64,000 nucleotides of DNA from Octopus sinensis (GCF_006345805.1 NC_043000.1:126604001-126668000), one strand, 5' to 3'. Positions 1 through 13,150 are shown, numbered from the stretch's first letter. Numbers and translations: made by a program. The notes: a model not told the origin generated them from the sequence alone.

Positions 1-868
1 GTAGAAGACACTTGCCCAAGGTGACACACAGTGGGTCTGAACCCGGAACCATGTGGTTGGTAAGCAAGCTACTTACCACACAGCCACTCCTGTACCTATA
101 GATAGCTGCTTTTGTTATGTTACACACACACAGAGTTTTGATGAGAGCCAATATATGAAACTCTCAGTCCTTGAGTCACTTTCTAACTTTAGCTGATTGA
201 ATAATAATTACTATTGCTGTGTGAGAGTCTGGTCAGGAAGTCTGGCTTAAATATTTCCAGAGTGAACTCTTTTAAACCTCCCCAACTAGGTGGTTGTTGT
301 CAAACTTGGGAGTGTGTTAAGATGGCCATTCTTGTTTTAAAAGAACTAAAACAGAATTCAAAAGTTATCCGGATTTTAGTCTACAGGGCCAAACTACAGA
401 CAAAAAAAAACCTGATGGGTAATTACCAAATATTATTGTCAGGGATATGGTACAAGTGAATCCTAAGACCCAGTTTTTGGTGATGAAACAATTCCAGTAG
501 CTGCAATATATGAACATGGGACGTCTTGAGCAAATGGATACAGCATAAAGTAATGAGAACTATTTAGTCTCATGAGCCTAAAGGTAACCTTACAAATGTT
601 GGTGACATGATGAAATGTAAACTCTGTAATTAATGTTATCAGTAATTAGTGAACAAAGAGAGAGAGGGAGAGAGAGAGAGAGAGAGAGAGAATATAGGGC
701 TGGGAAGACTGTTTAACCTCGTCAAGGACATGATAACCTCTCACATGCTTTTGCTATGATAAAATGTGCCTACTACACTCACTAAAGTGAATAGTGTTAG
801 AAAGGGTATCCATCATAGGCACTAAGTCAAAAATGAATGCATAAATCAGACATGGCCCTCCTGGTTGG

Positions 869-995
869 CAGGGCTGATTCAAGGTATGGGCAACTCGGCG
901 GTTACCAGGGGTGCCAAGGAGGACATAACAAATACAAGGAAATTTCCATGACTGTCAGCTTGCCCAGGGTGCCAGCAACCCTAGGGTTGGCCCTG
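869..995. mobile_element. hAT-type MITE (127 bp)
   Basis: Termini CAGGGCTGATTC...GGGTTGGCCCTG; 8-bp flanking repeat CTGGTTGG/CTGGTGGG (7/8). Confidence 0.65.
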
Positions 996-1078
996 CTGGT
1001 GGGCAGTAACTCCAAATAAGGACACAAACCATCACAACTCATCTGACACATGCTACCATGGAAAGTGGACATAAAATT

Positions 1079-1185
1079 ATGATGACAACAATGATGATGA
1101 TAGTGATGGTGATGATGATGATGATAATGATGATGATAGTGATGGTGATAATGATGATGATGATAGTGATGGTAATAATGATGAA
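1079..1185. repeat. Degenerate (GAT)n microsatellite next to the exon donor
   Basis: Run of gatgat/gatagt/ggtgat triplets. Confidence 0.9.
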
Positions 1186-1192
1186 GACTTAC

Positions 1193-1280
1193 CTGTATTG
1201 CAAGCCTTGATGTAAGATAATATAGATAACGTAACAAGTAAAGCACAAAGTAAATCTGCACGTCCAACAACACCAGCAAC
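1193..1280 (-). CDS. TMTC4: TMTC4-like, third coding exon in the window (88 nt); gene continues beyond position 1
   Basis: Acceptor TATTCCAG, VAGVVGRADLLCALLVTLSILSYIKACNT(G), donor G|GTAAGT. Phase-0 join gives HTEN-VAGVVGRADLL, the conserved TMTC motif. Confidence 0.93.
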
Positions 1281-3762
1281 CTGGAATAGAATAAATAACA
1301 CTGGCAGGTTGATGGAGGCCTCAAAGAATTTCTATTTGAATGAAAAATCACTGCATATATGCACCGTTATGAAATTTTGGCTCTAGTTATATAGATAAAA
1401 TCTGAAAAGCCATATTAATGTTTGTATAGTTTCAAATAATCTAATAGGAAAATGATATGGTAACCATTGGCACCATCAGCCTTATATGTAATTCAATCTA
1501 TTTTTCTTATATAAACTACTGTCCACATTAAATATATATGAGAAAATATTTATAGCATTGCTCTAAACTAACTTAAGGATCTTAACCAATGGATCACAAT
1601 TTTAACGTAATTGAGTTTTATTTAACTTTGGATGAAAGATTTTGAAATTGCATTTTTGAGCAAAGCTAGAAATAAATTGTTATATAAAATCAGTTTATTC
1701 ATATGCTCTGCAATGTGTTTATATAATATAAGTATTCACAGATTGTTAAATTGGTTTTGCCATAGCTGTCCCTATTTGCAGTCATCTCCTTTCTTACTCC
1801 ATCTTTATTCTTTTCTCCGTGAAATTATTATATTATTGTTGCAACAATGATATGGTTAAGTACAGGAGTGGCTGTGTATGGTTAAGATGCTTACTTCCTA
1901 ACCATGCGGTCTTGGGTTCAGTCCCACTGTGTGGCACTTTGGGCAAGTGTCTTCTACTATAGACCCAGGATGACTAAAGCTTTGTGAGTGGAATTAGCAA
2001 ATGGAAATGAAAATAAAGAAGCCCATCATATATATAGTTGCTATTATGCAAAAGTGTTGTCAGTCCAAAACATTGCTTTTTCAGAAAATGAAAAAATAGT
2101 TTCACCATTCCATAGCAAAACTGTTGTACTACACTTTGACAATTTTTGATGTCTTGGCATCTAAAGCAGCTGGAGATACGATAGTTTGACCAAAAGAACC
2201 AGCAATTGCAAGCAAAAATAAATATTGAAAAAACACATTTGGTCAAATTTGGACATACAACAGTTTAACATAACAGCAAGGACATATTATATATATATAT
2301 ACATATAGGTTTGGTGAGTCAAACAGGAAAAATAAAAATAAAAACAAGTACCACCCAGTCTAGGAATTGAAATCACAATCAAGCGAGCATGAGTGCAACA
2401 CCCTAACCACTAAGCCATGCACCCTCACTATATATATATCTTTGAGAATATGTAACAGAAGTAAGACAGCAAGCTGGCAGAATCGTTAACATGCAGAGCA
2501 AAATGCTTAGCGGCATTTCATTTGTCTTTAACATTTTGAGTTCAATGCTACTGGGGTCAACTTTGCCTTTTATCCTTTTGGAGTCAATAAAATAAGTACC
2601 AGTTGAGTACCGAGGTTGCTCTAACAGACTTAAGCCCATCCCCTGAAATTGGTGGCCTCGTGCCAAAATCTAAAACCAGTATTTAGCAGAAGTGACAGGT
2701 TGAGATTTTCGTGTGTTGGCACTTATTAAAGTTTGTTAAGTGTTAATGCACGAAACTCTGGGCCCTTGAGTCACTCTCTTGCTTCTGCTAAATATTAATA
2801 AAAATTCACACATATACATACATGCACACACACCATATACACCACACACACACACCATACATACACACATATATATGTGTGTATCTGTGTGTATGTGTCT
2901 TTGTGTTTTTGTTGTGTTTGTTCCTACCATTGCTTGTCGACTGGTATTGGTTTGTTTGCATCCCTGTAACATAGCAGTTTGGCAAAAGAGACCAATATAG
3001 TAATTGCCTGATTTGAAGAAAAAGGTAAAAAAAAAAAAGGTACAGGGGTTGATTTCTTCAACTAAACCCTTCAAGGCTGTGCTTTGTTTTGGCTGTGGTC
3101 CAACGACTGGAATAAGCAAAGATAAAACCTTATACTATTTCTGTCTCATCTTAGAACAACTGGGCTGCTGGGGATTATCAGATTAAGAGATAATACTGGT
3201 CAGTTGATCAAACATAATTTTTTATTTATTTCTTTATCTATGCCTCATCAACTACCCTCTACCACTACCATCATCAGCACAACACATAAGCTGCTCAAAC
3301 CAATGAGGGACCCTTTACGTGGTCAATCTACTAGAAATAAGTCACAGCTCTCAAACCACATCTCACTGTCTTAAAAAACAAAAAGAAGAAAAACAGAGCA
3401 CATATTATATAATGTGGTTTTAGATGCTGCTTCTAACAATGGATGGCCATGTATGGAATGCTTCTGATCAGAGCTCTGCTCAATCAAGATTGACCCTGGG
3501 CTAAACAGCAACATCATAAGCTGCTTATCTATTATGCTAAGTGTTGCCTTCTTTAAAATTGACTCACACACCATCTATATAGGCCACATAAGGCATCTTT
3601 AAGGTATCCCACAAATAAGGAAGCATTTAAGTAAGTTTTATTTTAAAATATCTGCTAGACTAATGGAATACTTGATACTATATTCAAGCTTACAACCTGC
3701 AATGATTCAAAGTAGAAATTAAAAGATTGTCTCTGTAATGGTTTAAGATTAATATATAACAT

Positions 3763-3794
<32 letters not shown>

Positions 3795-4943
3795 TGCAGC
3801 AGAGAAATTTTAAATGATTCCTTCAGAACCTATATATAACCAGTCACACTTGAAATTTTAAGAGTTCACTAAGTCATTAGCTATTATCAACTGGAAGAAA
3901 ATGAAATAACAAAGAAGCCTCTATGTGGCCAATCAATCTGCTAGAAATAGAAGCCAAATCTCACTATATACTGTTGCTGAAGAAAATAAATGAATAAATA
4001 AAAATGTCGATCACAACTGGAAGTTTGCTTTATATAGGTTGTCTTAGGATTAAACAGTTAACCAGAAGGAAAGTAAATGTTCATTTTGAAATTCTTTTGT
4101 ATATACACACACACACACACACACACACGTATGTATGTATGTATATAGTGACCAGAAAAGAATGGTAACCAGCTGAGTTAATCAGCTGGTTACCATGTAT
4201 CAAGTTAATACTGTCACAGCAGCAATCATCAGATTATGTGTTAAGTCAACTTAAAGTTCTAAATATGTCGAGTTATCAATAACTTCCATAGTGAGATATT
4301 GTTCAATGATGATTAACAATGGTAGCTATATATAATAAATGATATAAATGTCTTAGAATGAAAAAAAAATACCTTTAAACAATGCAGATGAGAAGTTAGA
4401 CATAATATGTAAGGTGATATCAATAAATAAAAACAAAGACAAGATGAAGATACTGAGCTACCTTACATAGATTGTTTAATGCTTTTATTACATTTTAAGA
4501 ATGTTTCCCAAAATGCAACAGAAGCTTTTAGCAGCCTATGCAAGGTAATACAATATCTTATCTTAGATTTTTTGGGGGGAGTATCACCTTACATATTTTT
4601 CCTAACTTCTCACCTGCATTGCTTTAAAAGGTTTGTGTGGTTAAGATGCTTGCTTTCTAATGATGCAATCCTGGGTTCAGTCCCATTGCATGCTACCTCA
4701 GGTAAATGTCTTCTACTAATAACCCTTGACCAAAACTGAGCAAGTGGAATTGGTAGACAAAAATTGAAAGCAGCCCAACAACTTCTCACCTGGTCATAAG
4801 ACTTCTTTATATAAGTGATTTCATCTATGTAACTATTATTTATTAATTAATTTAATTAATTAATTTATTTATTTATTCACAAGTGTTATGACTAAATATG
4901 ACTATGGGTCAATCTTTATAAAATATGTATTATACAATACATA

Positions 4944-5352
4944 GGCGCAGGAGTGGCTGTGTGGTAAGTAGCTTGCTTACCAACCACATGGTTCCGGGTT
5001 CAGTCCCACTGCGTGTCACCTTGGGCAAGTGTCTTCTACTATAGCCTTGGGCAGACCAAAGCCTTGTGAGTGGATTTGGTAGACGGAAACTGAAAGAAGC
5101 CCGTCATATATATGTATATAAGTATATATGTGTATATGTTTGTATGTCTGTGTTTGTTCCCCCACCATTGCTTGACAACCGATAGTGGTATGTTTATGTC
5201 CCCATAACTTAGAGGTTCAGCAAAATAGATCAATAGAATAAGTACTAGGCTTCCAAAGAATAAGTCCTAGGATCGATTTGCTTGACTAAAGGCAGTGCTC
5301 CAGCATGGCTGCAGTCAAATGACTGAAACAAGTAAATGAGTAAAAGAAAGAG
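4944..5352 (+). mobile_element. tRNA-derived SINE family A, full length with internal (TA/TG)n
   Basis: Head GGCGCAGGAGTGGCTGTGTGGTAAG (A box)...GGTTCAGTCCC (B box), CCTTGGGCAAGTG core, tail GACTGAAACAAGTAAA-GAGTAAA. Many other copies or fragments, e.g. 1-97(-), 1862-2030, 22152-22545, 36325-36420(-), 48049-48610, 49490-49950, 51697-52070(-), 53126-53782, 60021-60720. Confidence 0.9.
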
Positions 5353-5459
5353 TATAATCGCTATAACAGTATCACTTCTTTCTACCATGTCTTCATTTAT
5401 GTTATATGATTTGTCACTAAAATATTATTGAAATATTTGTAAACTGTGAAATAAATATA

Positions 5460-5970
5460 CCGTAAATCCTCGAGTATAATCCACATTTTTTCCCAAAATT
5501 TAAAGGTCAAAATCCCTAGTGCATACTATATACATGGTTAAAAATGAAAAATATTTTCTAAGCAATGTCTGAGTCTCTATTTGCTGTCCAGCAATGTTTA
5601 TTCAGATGCATTTTGTGATGTCGGGCACGGAAATACCTTAAGCTAAGACTGAAAGCAATGAAGTCATAAAAGAATCATCCATAACTTGCAGTAAGCAACA
5701 TTTATTAAACATTATTACTGTTATTTCTTTATTTTCTGCAAACAAAATGCACAAAAAAGCTACACGTTTGCATTATGTTATATATACAATAACAATAAAG
5801 GAAGTTACCATATTCAATTTTACAAATCAAGGACGTTATATAGACCTCCTTGACTCAAGTTAGAGAAGGGGTGCGTATTATACACAAGGTTTAGGTTTTT
5901 CAGAGGTACAGCCCCCTAAAAATCCCCTGCGTATTATACTCAAGGGCGGACTATACTCGAAGATTTACAG
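5460..5970. mobile_element. Non-autonomous Tc1/mariner-superfamily element (MITE, 511 bp)
   Basis: TIRs CCGTAAATCCTCGAGTATAATCC / CTGTAAATCTTCGAGTATAGTCC (reverse complement); TA on both sides. Confidence 0.8.
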
Positions 5971-6585
5971 TAATACCAACAACTCTGTCTTCGCTTTTTA
6001 TGAGAGAGAGAGAAGGGGGGAGTGTGTGAGTGTATGTGAGTATGTGTGAGTGTGTGTGTGTAAGCATGTATTTATGGAAACCCTTGTCTTGACATCACGT
6101 AATGGTTGTAAATGATCATCAGCCATGTTGTTTATTCCAAGGATTCTCATCATCGTCATCATCATCATCGTTTAACGTCCATTTTCCATGCTAGCATGGG
6201 TTGGACAGTTCGACTGGGGTCTGGGAAGCCAGGAGGCTGCACCAGGCTCAAGTCTGATTTGGCAGTGTTTCTACGGCTGGATGTCCTTCCTAACGCCAAC
6301 CACTCCATGAGTGTAGTGGGTATCTCTAACCATAGGGAAATATTACCTAGTTTATAAACAGGTGAGGATTTGTAACAAGAAGGACATCTTGATGTAGGGA
6401 ATCTGCCTCTAACAAATTCCATCTGAGCCATGCAAACATGGAAAGTGTATATGAAAATGATGATGATTTGTATCGTTTACAAATTACAATGCTTCAAGCA
6501 AATTACAAGACTCTTTGATATAATTATGGATATGGAATAGGTTGGTTGGAAATCATATTTAACACAATCTACTTCATAGCTTAGA

Positions 6586-6884
6586 GGAAGCACATGGCCT
6601 AGTGGTTAGAGCAGTGGACTCGCGGTCGAGGGATCGCGGGTTCGAATCTCAGACCGGGCGATGTGTGTGTTTATGAGCGAAAACACCTAAGCTCCATGCG
6701 GCTCCAGCAGAAGGTAATGGCGAACTTCTGCTGTCTCTTTCGCCACAACTTTCTCTCACTCTTTCTTCTTGCATCTCCCCTGCGACGGACCAGCGTCCCG
6801 TCCAGGTGGGGAACCTATGCACCAAGGAAACTGGAAAACCGGCCCTTATGAGCCAGGCGTGGCTCAAGAAGGAACAAACATAGA
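6586..6884 (+). mobile_element. tRNA-derived SINE family D with 15-bp TSD
   Basis: Head TGGCCTAGTGGTTAG...GGTTCGAATC; V-domain-like CGACGGACCAGCGTCCCGTCCAGG; TSD ACTTCATAGCTTAGA at 6571-6585 and 6885-6899. Confidence 0.9.
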
Positions 6885-7632
6885 ACTTCATAGCTTAGAA
6901 TATGATGACACCTTGTAATACTTGAACAAAAGAAAGTATTCCATTTTCATAGTCATACACAGTCTGAATCGTCATCACCGTTTAATATCCAATTTGCCAT
7001 GCTTGCAAGGGTCATATGGAATTTACTGAGGCCCTTCCTGTCACCAACCCATAACTGTTTCCAAGCAAGCTAATGTTTCCCCATGGCCAGACATGTTTTC
7101 ATGGAAGACTGGAAACGAACAACATCACTTGTATAATGGTGCTTGTTTACAATCATCAAATGATGTCCAGACAAGGGTACATACAAACACACACACAAAA
7201 TAATAAATGCGCCCTTTTAAAGCCTAGCCAGGTTCATGTGCCCGGTTTCCCAGTTTCAATGGTGTATGTGTTCCCCAGCTGGACAGGACGCCAGTCCATC
7301 ACAGTGTTACTCATTTTTGCCAGCTGAGTGGACGGGAGCAATGTGAAATGAAGTGTTTTGCTTAAGAACACAACGCATCACCCAGTCCAGGAACTGAAAC
7401 CACAATCTTACGATCATGATGCTGACACCCTAACCACTAAGCCCCGCGCCTCCACACACACACACAGACACACATATACATATATATATAAAGAAAGAAA
7501 TTAACTCTGATAAAATTTATTTTACCATTGGATATTGAATAATTAATTTTTTGAAATGTTGTTGAGATATAAATTTAAACATGGAATTTTTTTAACCTAA
7601 CGACCAAGCTCAATATCTGCATTAATTTAAAT

Positions 7633-7667
<35 letters not shown>

Positions 7668-8064
7668 ATACAGACATGTAAATAATTTATCATTTATTAT
7701 AAAATATAATAAAATACAAAATTCATACATGTTTATTAAGGTACGAAACAATCGTTAAATATGAATATTTAATGGTAAAAAATTTTCATTATGAATCACT
7801 CCTTATTTATAAATTTATGAGTTTCTCTCCATATAAATTTATAATTTATAAGTTTCTCTCCTTATTCATAATTTTATACACTTTTTATGTTTTCCTTTTG
7901 TATCAAAAGGCAGTGCTCTAGCATGGCCACAGTCAAATGACTGAAACAAATAAAAGAATACTATATATTCTATATGTTTTGTAGAATGAAACATTAAGGA
8001 GCTTTTCTTATGAGTACTATCAGATTAGTTGAACCCATATAATGTGACTTATATGCATATATAT

Positions 8065-8620
8065 ATCATCATTATCACCATTTAACGTCCACTTTCCATG
8101 CTAGCATGAGTTAGATGATTTGACTGAGGACTGGCGAACCAGATGGCTGCACCAGGCTCCAATCTGATCTGATCTATAGCTGGACGCCCTTCCTAACGCC
8201 AACCACTCCGAGAGTGTAGTGGGTGCTTTTATGTGTCACTGGCACGAGGGCCAGTCTGGCGGTACTGGCAACAGTCACACTCAAATGGTGTATTTTACAT
8301 GCCACCTGCACAGGAGTCAGTCCAGCGGCACAGGCAACGACCTCGCTCGAATGTTTTGTTCACGTGCAACCGGCACTTTTAAGGCTCTTTTTACATGCCA
8401 CCAGCATGGAAGTCAGACAGCCGCTCTGGCAGTGATACTGCTCAGATGGAGAAATTAGCGCTCCACTGGCACGGGTGCCAGTCATCGAATTTGGTTCAAT
8501 TTCGATACCGATTTCACTTGCCCCAACAGGTTTTCGCAAGCAGAGTTTAGTGTCCAATGAAGGGAGGTTGACATGGGTGTCAGTCGTCGAATTTGGTTCG
8601 ATTTTGATTCAACTTGCCTC
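8065..8620 (-). mobile_element. RTE-type LINE 3'UTR fragment with tandem sub-repeats
   Basis: Minus strand has GTGGTTGGCGTTAGGAAGGGCGTCCAGC and ends GGACGTTAAATGGTGATAATGATG. Same family at 6150-6320, 10336-10575(+), 37000-37335, 46325-46450(+), 53289-53505, 57787-58190. Confidence 0.75.
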
Positions 8621-8780
8621 AACGATTTCAGAAGGATGATTGGGATCACGTGGATGAGAAAGGCGCGATCCAGAGAGGAGTGGGCAGCGTGCTGTGACCA
8701 GCAGTGTCAAATGGATGCCTGACGGACTGGTCGGTCAAAGTGATCAAAGTGATATATATATATATATATAAAAGAATGCA

Positions 8781-9040
8781 GAGTATACACGCAGCAAGTA
8801 TAGATGGGTTGGACACGTCGCCCGGCTCACCGATAATTGGTGGACGCACGCAGTTGTTGAGTGGTACCCGCGTGAGTGGAAAAGACCACCCGGAAGACCT
8901 CCACGACGGTGGAATTACGATTTCAGGAGGACGATTGGGATCACGTGGATGAGAAAGGCGCGATCCTGAGAGGAGTGGACAGCGTGCTGTGACCAGCGGT
9001 GTCAAATGGACGCCTGATAGACTGGTCGATCAAAGTGATA
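8781..9040 (+). mobile_element. RTE-clade LINE 3' end (ORF C-terminus, one in-frame stop); shorter tandem copy at 8622-8751
   Basis: Frame reads EYTRSKYRWVGHVARLTDNWWTHAVVEWYPREWKRPPGRPPRRWNYDFRRTIGITWMRKARS*EEW..., the typical RTE C-terminal signature; TCAAAGTGA repeat tail. Confidence 0.85.
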
Positions 9041-9057
9041 TATATATATACATATAT

Positions 9058-9800
9058 AAAAGAATACAAAAAATGGGACAAGAATACAAAACATCCAGAT
9101 GATACTAAAAAAGGGACAAGAAAAATCAAGGAAGGGTCATTCGGAGTTTTCTTTCCTCAATCGAGTTCGAGATTATCTTTGCAATTTTGGCTGGTTATAC
9201 TCAAGATTGCTCCAATCTGGCCAGCCCTAAGGAAATACTAAGCTAAGAGCACTAGATTCCTTGGAAGAAAGCAGCGAATGTATAAGAAAACAAGGATGGA
9301 AAAAACAAACAAATGGTACACAAATATAAATGCAAATAACAGGACATTAAAAACAGGTGTCTTTCAACTAAGGACAAATTAAATTAAGCTGGCATGTGTG
9401 GAAGTGAAGCCTTTTTGCTGGGACATAAGAGATGACAGGCATGGGGAGGAATATAGATGTTGCATGGATAGTAATCGAACCAAGAAAGTAAGGTCAGGCT
9501 TGGCCAAACACCAGTCATGTGGAGAAAGAGGAGAGAGGTAGAGGCAGAGAGATAGAAGAATTAGGGAGGGACAAGAAAAAAAGAAAAGGGACAGAGTGAA
9601 GTGAAAGAGGAGGGAAGGTGAGAATGAAGAGAAAGCCAGGAAATGTGAGAGAGGGGGAACGAAAGAAAGAAGAGTGGAAAGAATGAAGTAAGTGTGAAGG
9701 GGCAAATGACCCATCCTTGTTTTTTCTTGTCCTTTTGTGTATCATCAAACTGTTTGGATGTTTTGCGTTTTTGTCCCATTTTTTGTACTCCTTTTTATAT
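9058..9800 (-). mobile_element. Probable non-autonomous Penelope-like element with inverted terminal segment
   Basis: 9058-9141 and 9705-9800 are inverted copies; flanked by (TA)n; purine-rich interior; degenerate hammerhead-like core near 9135-9165 (-). Confidence 0.45.
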
Positions 9801-9834
9801 ACATATGGCCGCATACATACACTTTGGTCTCTTA

Positions 9835-10142
9835 TATATATGGCAAGAAGAAAATGGAGAGGATCCAGAGGTAGTATGCATCAACCATTACACATTATAT
9901 TATTTATTTATATTGAACAATTCTAAGAATATATATACATGTGTAAAGATTGTGTTTTATATATAAAGTACCAGTAATTTCTTTCTCTATTCTAGAAATT
10001 ACTGGTACTTTATATGTAAAACACAATCTTTACACATGTGTATATATTCTTAGAATTGTTCAAAATAAATAAACCGACTAATTATAATGCCTAACAGTTG
10101 ATGCATACTACCTTTGGATCCCCTCCATTTTCTTGCCATATA
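9835..10142. repeat. Long fold-back palindrome, ~145-bp arms
   Basis: ...ATAAAGTACCAGTAATTTCT ttctctattct AGAAATTACTGGTACTTTAT...; outer arms GGCAAGA..GGATCC..GGTAGTATGCATCAAC / GTTGATGCATACTACC..GGATCC..TCTTGCC. Confidence 0.9.
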
Positions 10143-10578
10143 AATTAAGGGTAAAACCGCTTGTTAACCGTACCCATTTATTACACTCAGTAGTGTAATT
10201 TCCACGCGATAACCAACACTTGTGTATTAATAATTGGGTATTCTACAAGCAGTATATTGGATAGATACTATCCCTTAGTTGGTTGGATTCACAACCTCTA
10301 ACTCTCTTTGAATTATATACATACATATATATATATGGCATGTAAAAAGCACCAACCGATCGTGGCCGTTGCCAGCCTCCCCTGTCACTTGTGCCGGTGG
10401 CACGTAAAAAGCACCCACTACACTCACGGAGTGGTTGGCGTTAAGAAGGGCATCCAGCTGCAGAAACACTGCCAGATCAGACTGGAGCCTGGTGCAGCCT
10501 CCTGGCTTCCCAGAACTCGGTCAAACCATGCTAGCATGGAAAACGTATGTTAAACGATGATGATGATGATGATGATAT

Positions 10579-10638
<60 letters not shown>

Positions 10639-11915
10639 TATAAATATATATATGCAACTACCTTCTTTCAATTTCTGTGTAGCAACCCTACTCATAAGGC
10701 AGACACTGGCCCAAGGCATCATGTGTTGAGATTGAAATCAAGACCACATGGTTGGGAAGCAATCTTAGTAACCTCACAGTTAAGCCTGTGCCTGAATGAT
10801 TGTAGAATCTCATATCTGCAAGAGAGCTTTGAATCTGGAGGAATCATTGTATTGGATTTACAAAGACACACATAATAAACAGCAAAATATCAAAAACAAA
10901 ATATCGTCAAATTAAGCAGAAGCCATATTATTCCTTTGAACCTAATGATTTTTTTAAAGTTAAATCCATTCTGTTATTGAAATATAGAACACTATATTTT
11001 CGGCATCAATATGTGTTTCTTTCAACAATGGAACCAATATTATTTTTATTATTTTTTTCCCCAATATTTTTCTTAAGATTTTCTTTAATGTTTAACTAAG
11101 ATCAAAATGAAGTGGCAAGCTTCAAAATACAAATAACACTGTGAGGGAAGTTAGGGGAAGAGGTGTCCTCATATCTGTTGGTCATGTGATATGTTGTCTG
11201 CTTCTTCCATTTGGTCATATGATACAATGTCTCATCTGCTCAGTGCATTGCCATATCTTACACCTTTTTTGAACATAAGTTTTCTTCTGTTCACACATGA
11301 CAAAATATTTTTCCTTCTGATTTAGTTGTCATATATAAAGACCCTAACTCCTTAAAACTTATTGCTTCAATCAATAAATAAGCATAACTGTTAAGAAATG
11401 TCTCACATAACAGAATGGAAAAAAGCAAACAGATGTAACACCCACCGCAACAGAAAAAGCAAATAAATAACAATACTGCAAAGAGTATTTTGTGTCAGGA
11501 ATATTTATGAGGGGTTAAATGAGTGTAAATAAACATTAATCTGTCCATTTCTCTTGGTGACAGTATCTGTACCTTTCTCCTTCCCATTTTCTATTGGTAG
11601 CAGAGTGCTCTGTCTCTTTATATCTCTTTCTGCTAGCAGTAGCATCTATTCTCTCTCTCTGTGTCTTTCTCCCTCTCCCTCAGTAATTTTTATCTTTTTT
11701 TCTCTCTATCGGTAACACCATCCAACGCTCCTCTCTCTAGTAATAAATGTTCCATTATCTCTTCTCACTCTCTCTTTAGCTATATTTCCCAGTCTTCCAA
11801 GCTTCCCTACCCCCATATTCCATTTTTGTTTCTAAACACACACACACATCTAACATACACATTCAGTTTTATAATATATATAAGGATAACACTAACACTC
11901 TTTCAAGGATCTTGT

Positions 11916-11916
<1 letters not shown>

Positions 11917-11955
<39 letters not shown>

Positions 11956-12109
11956 AGTGATGTATATATGTATGTGTGTGTGTGTGTGCATGTGTGTACA
12001 TGTGAGTGTGTGTGCATGTGTGTACATGTGAGTGTGTACATGTGAGTGAGTGTGTGCATGTGTGTACATGTGAGTGAGTGTGTACATGTGAGTGTGTGTG
12101 TGTACATGG

Positions 12110-12141
<32 letters not shown>
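11917..12141. repeat. (TG)n microsatellite with ACATGTGAGTG minisatellite units
   Basis: Direct reading. Confidence 0.9.
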
Positions 12142-12145
<4 letters not shown>

Positions 12146-12405
12146 GTAGTGCAAGAGTATTATCAGGAACTTTTGAAGAAATCAATGCAGAGAGAGAGAT
12201 AGAGAAATAGAGAAATGGGCATGGAATAAGAGAAAGAACATGAAAAGGAGGAAAATGAGATAGAGATAAGGAAAAAGCAGGAGAGATAAAAAGGGATATA
12301 AAAATATATATATATATATTTATATCTCTGAAAAGACTAAAGAAATAATACATTCTTACAAAGAAGTAAATATAAAAAAAAGAAAATGCTAAACAGCTAA
12401 CTTAC

Positions 12406-12616
12406 ATTTTCGGTATGAACTGGATGGATGGCGAAGATGACTGCACACAAAAGGGAAGATTTTGCAGCAGGAAAGCCACCAAGTGTACTGGTAGAACAAG
12501 CACCAAATACACAAGAAAAGACTTTTAAGAATAGAATGGACACAATTCCATGTAGAATAACATTAACAATATGAAATCCCCAGGGATGTAATCCACCGGC
12601 TAAGAAATAGTTAAGT
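12406..12616 (-). CDS. TMTC4: TMTC4-like, next coding exon (211 nt)
   Basis: Not in the ORF track. Acceptor TCTTTTTCAG, then A+CTT AAC TAT gives (R)LNYFLAGGLHPWGFHIVNVILHGIVSILFLKVFSCVFGACSTSTLGGFPAAKSSLLCAVIFAIHPVHTEN; donor GTAAGT. Phase matches the previous exon (AG+A=Arg) and it resembles TMTC4 INYYLSGGFHPVGFHVVNILLH...HPVHTE. Confidence 0.93.
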
Positions 12617-13074
12617 CTGAAAAAGAAAGAGAAAATTTATTCATGAAAATGCCCCGAGCTGAATTAAAAAGTTTTTGTAGACACCAAGGCTACAAAATAT
12701 TGTGTGAGAGTGCAAGTAATATTTTCAAAAATAAATAAATGAATAAATAGAAATAAAATAAAATAAAATTTATTTGTAGAAAGTTAGCAACAATTAAAAT
12801 TCAGAATGGTTTTGCATAATTTCTTGCAGTAAATTCTAATTTCTTGAGAACGTATTTTTCTATTGCTATGTTTTATTACACACTGTCATCATCATCACCG
12901 TTTTAACATCCATTTTTCTGTACTTGCATGGGTTAGATGGAGCTTATTGAAAATTTTCTAAGGCTGGATGCCCTTCCTGTTGCTGCCTAGTTTTATCTGT
13001 TACCATGCAAGACATTGTTTTTGCAAAATTTACAACAATCATGTGATGTCATGAGGAGACACACAGGCAAATGC

Positions 13075-13150
<76 letters not shown>

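Noticed and set aside
902-1351. 149-aa poly-His ORF
   Set aside because: Off-frame read through the TMTC4 exon and a (GAT)n repeat.
6586-6660. tRNA-like sequence
   Set aside because: No proper acceptor stem; continues into a SINE body with a TSD and has multiple copies.
7721-7766. ATTCATA...GTAC-GAAACAATCGTT-AAATATGAAT, resembling the 3' half of a hammerhead
   Set aside because: No CUGANGA core; cannot be supported, though it may be a deleted remnant.
8222-8450. Repeat-spacer-like periodicity (CRISPR-like)
   Set aside because: Units are homologous along their whole length, lie inside a LINE UTR and the context is eukaryotic.
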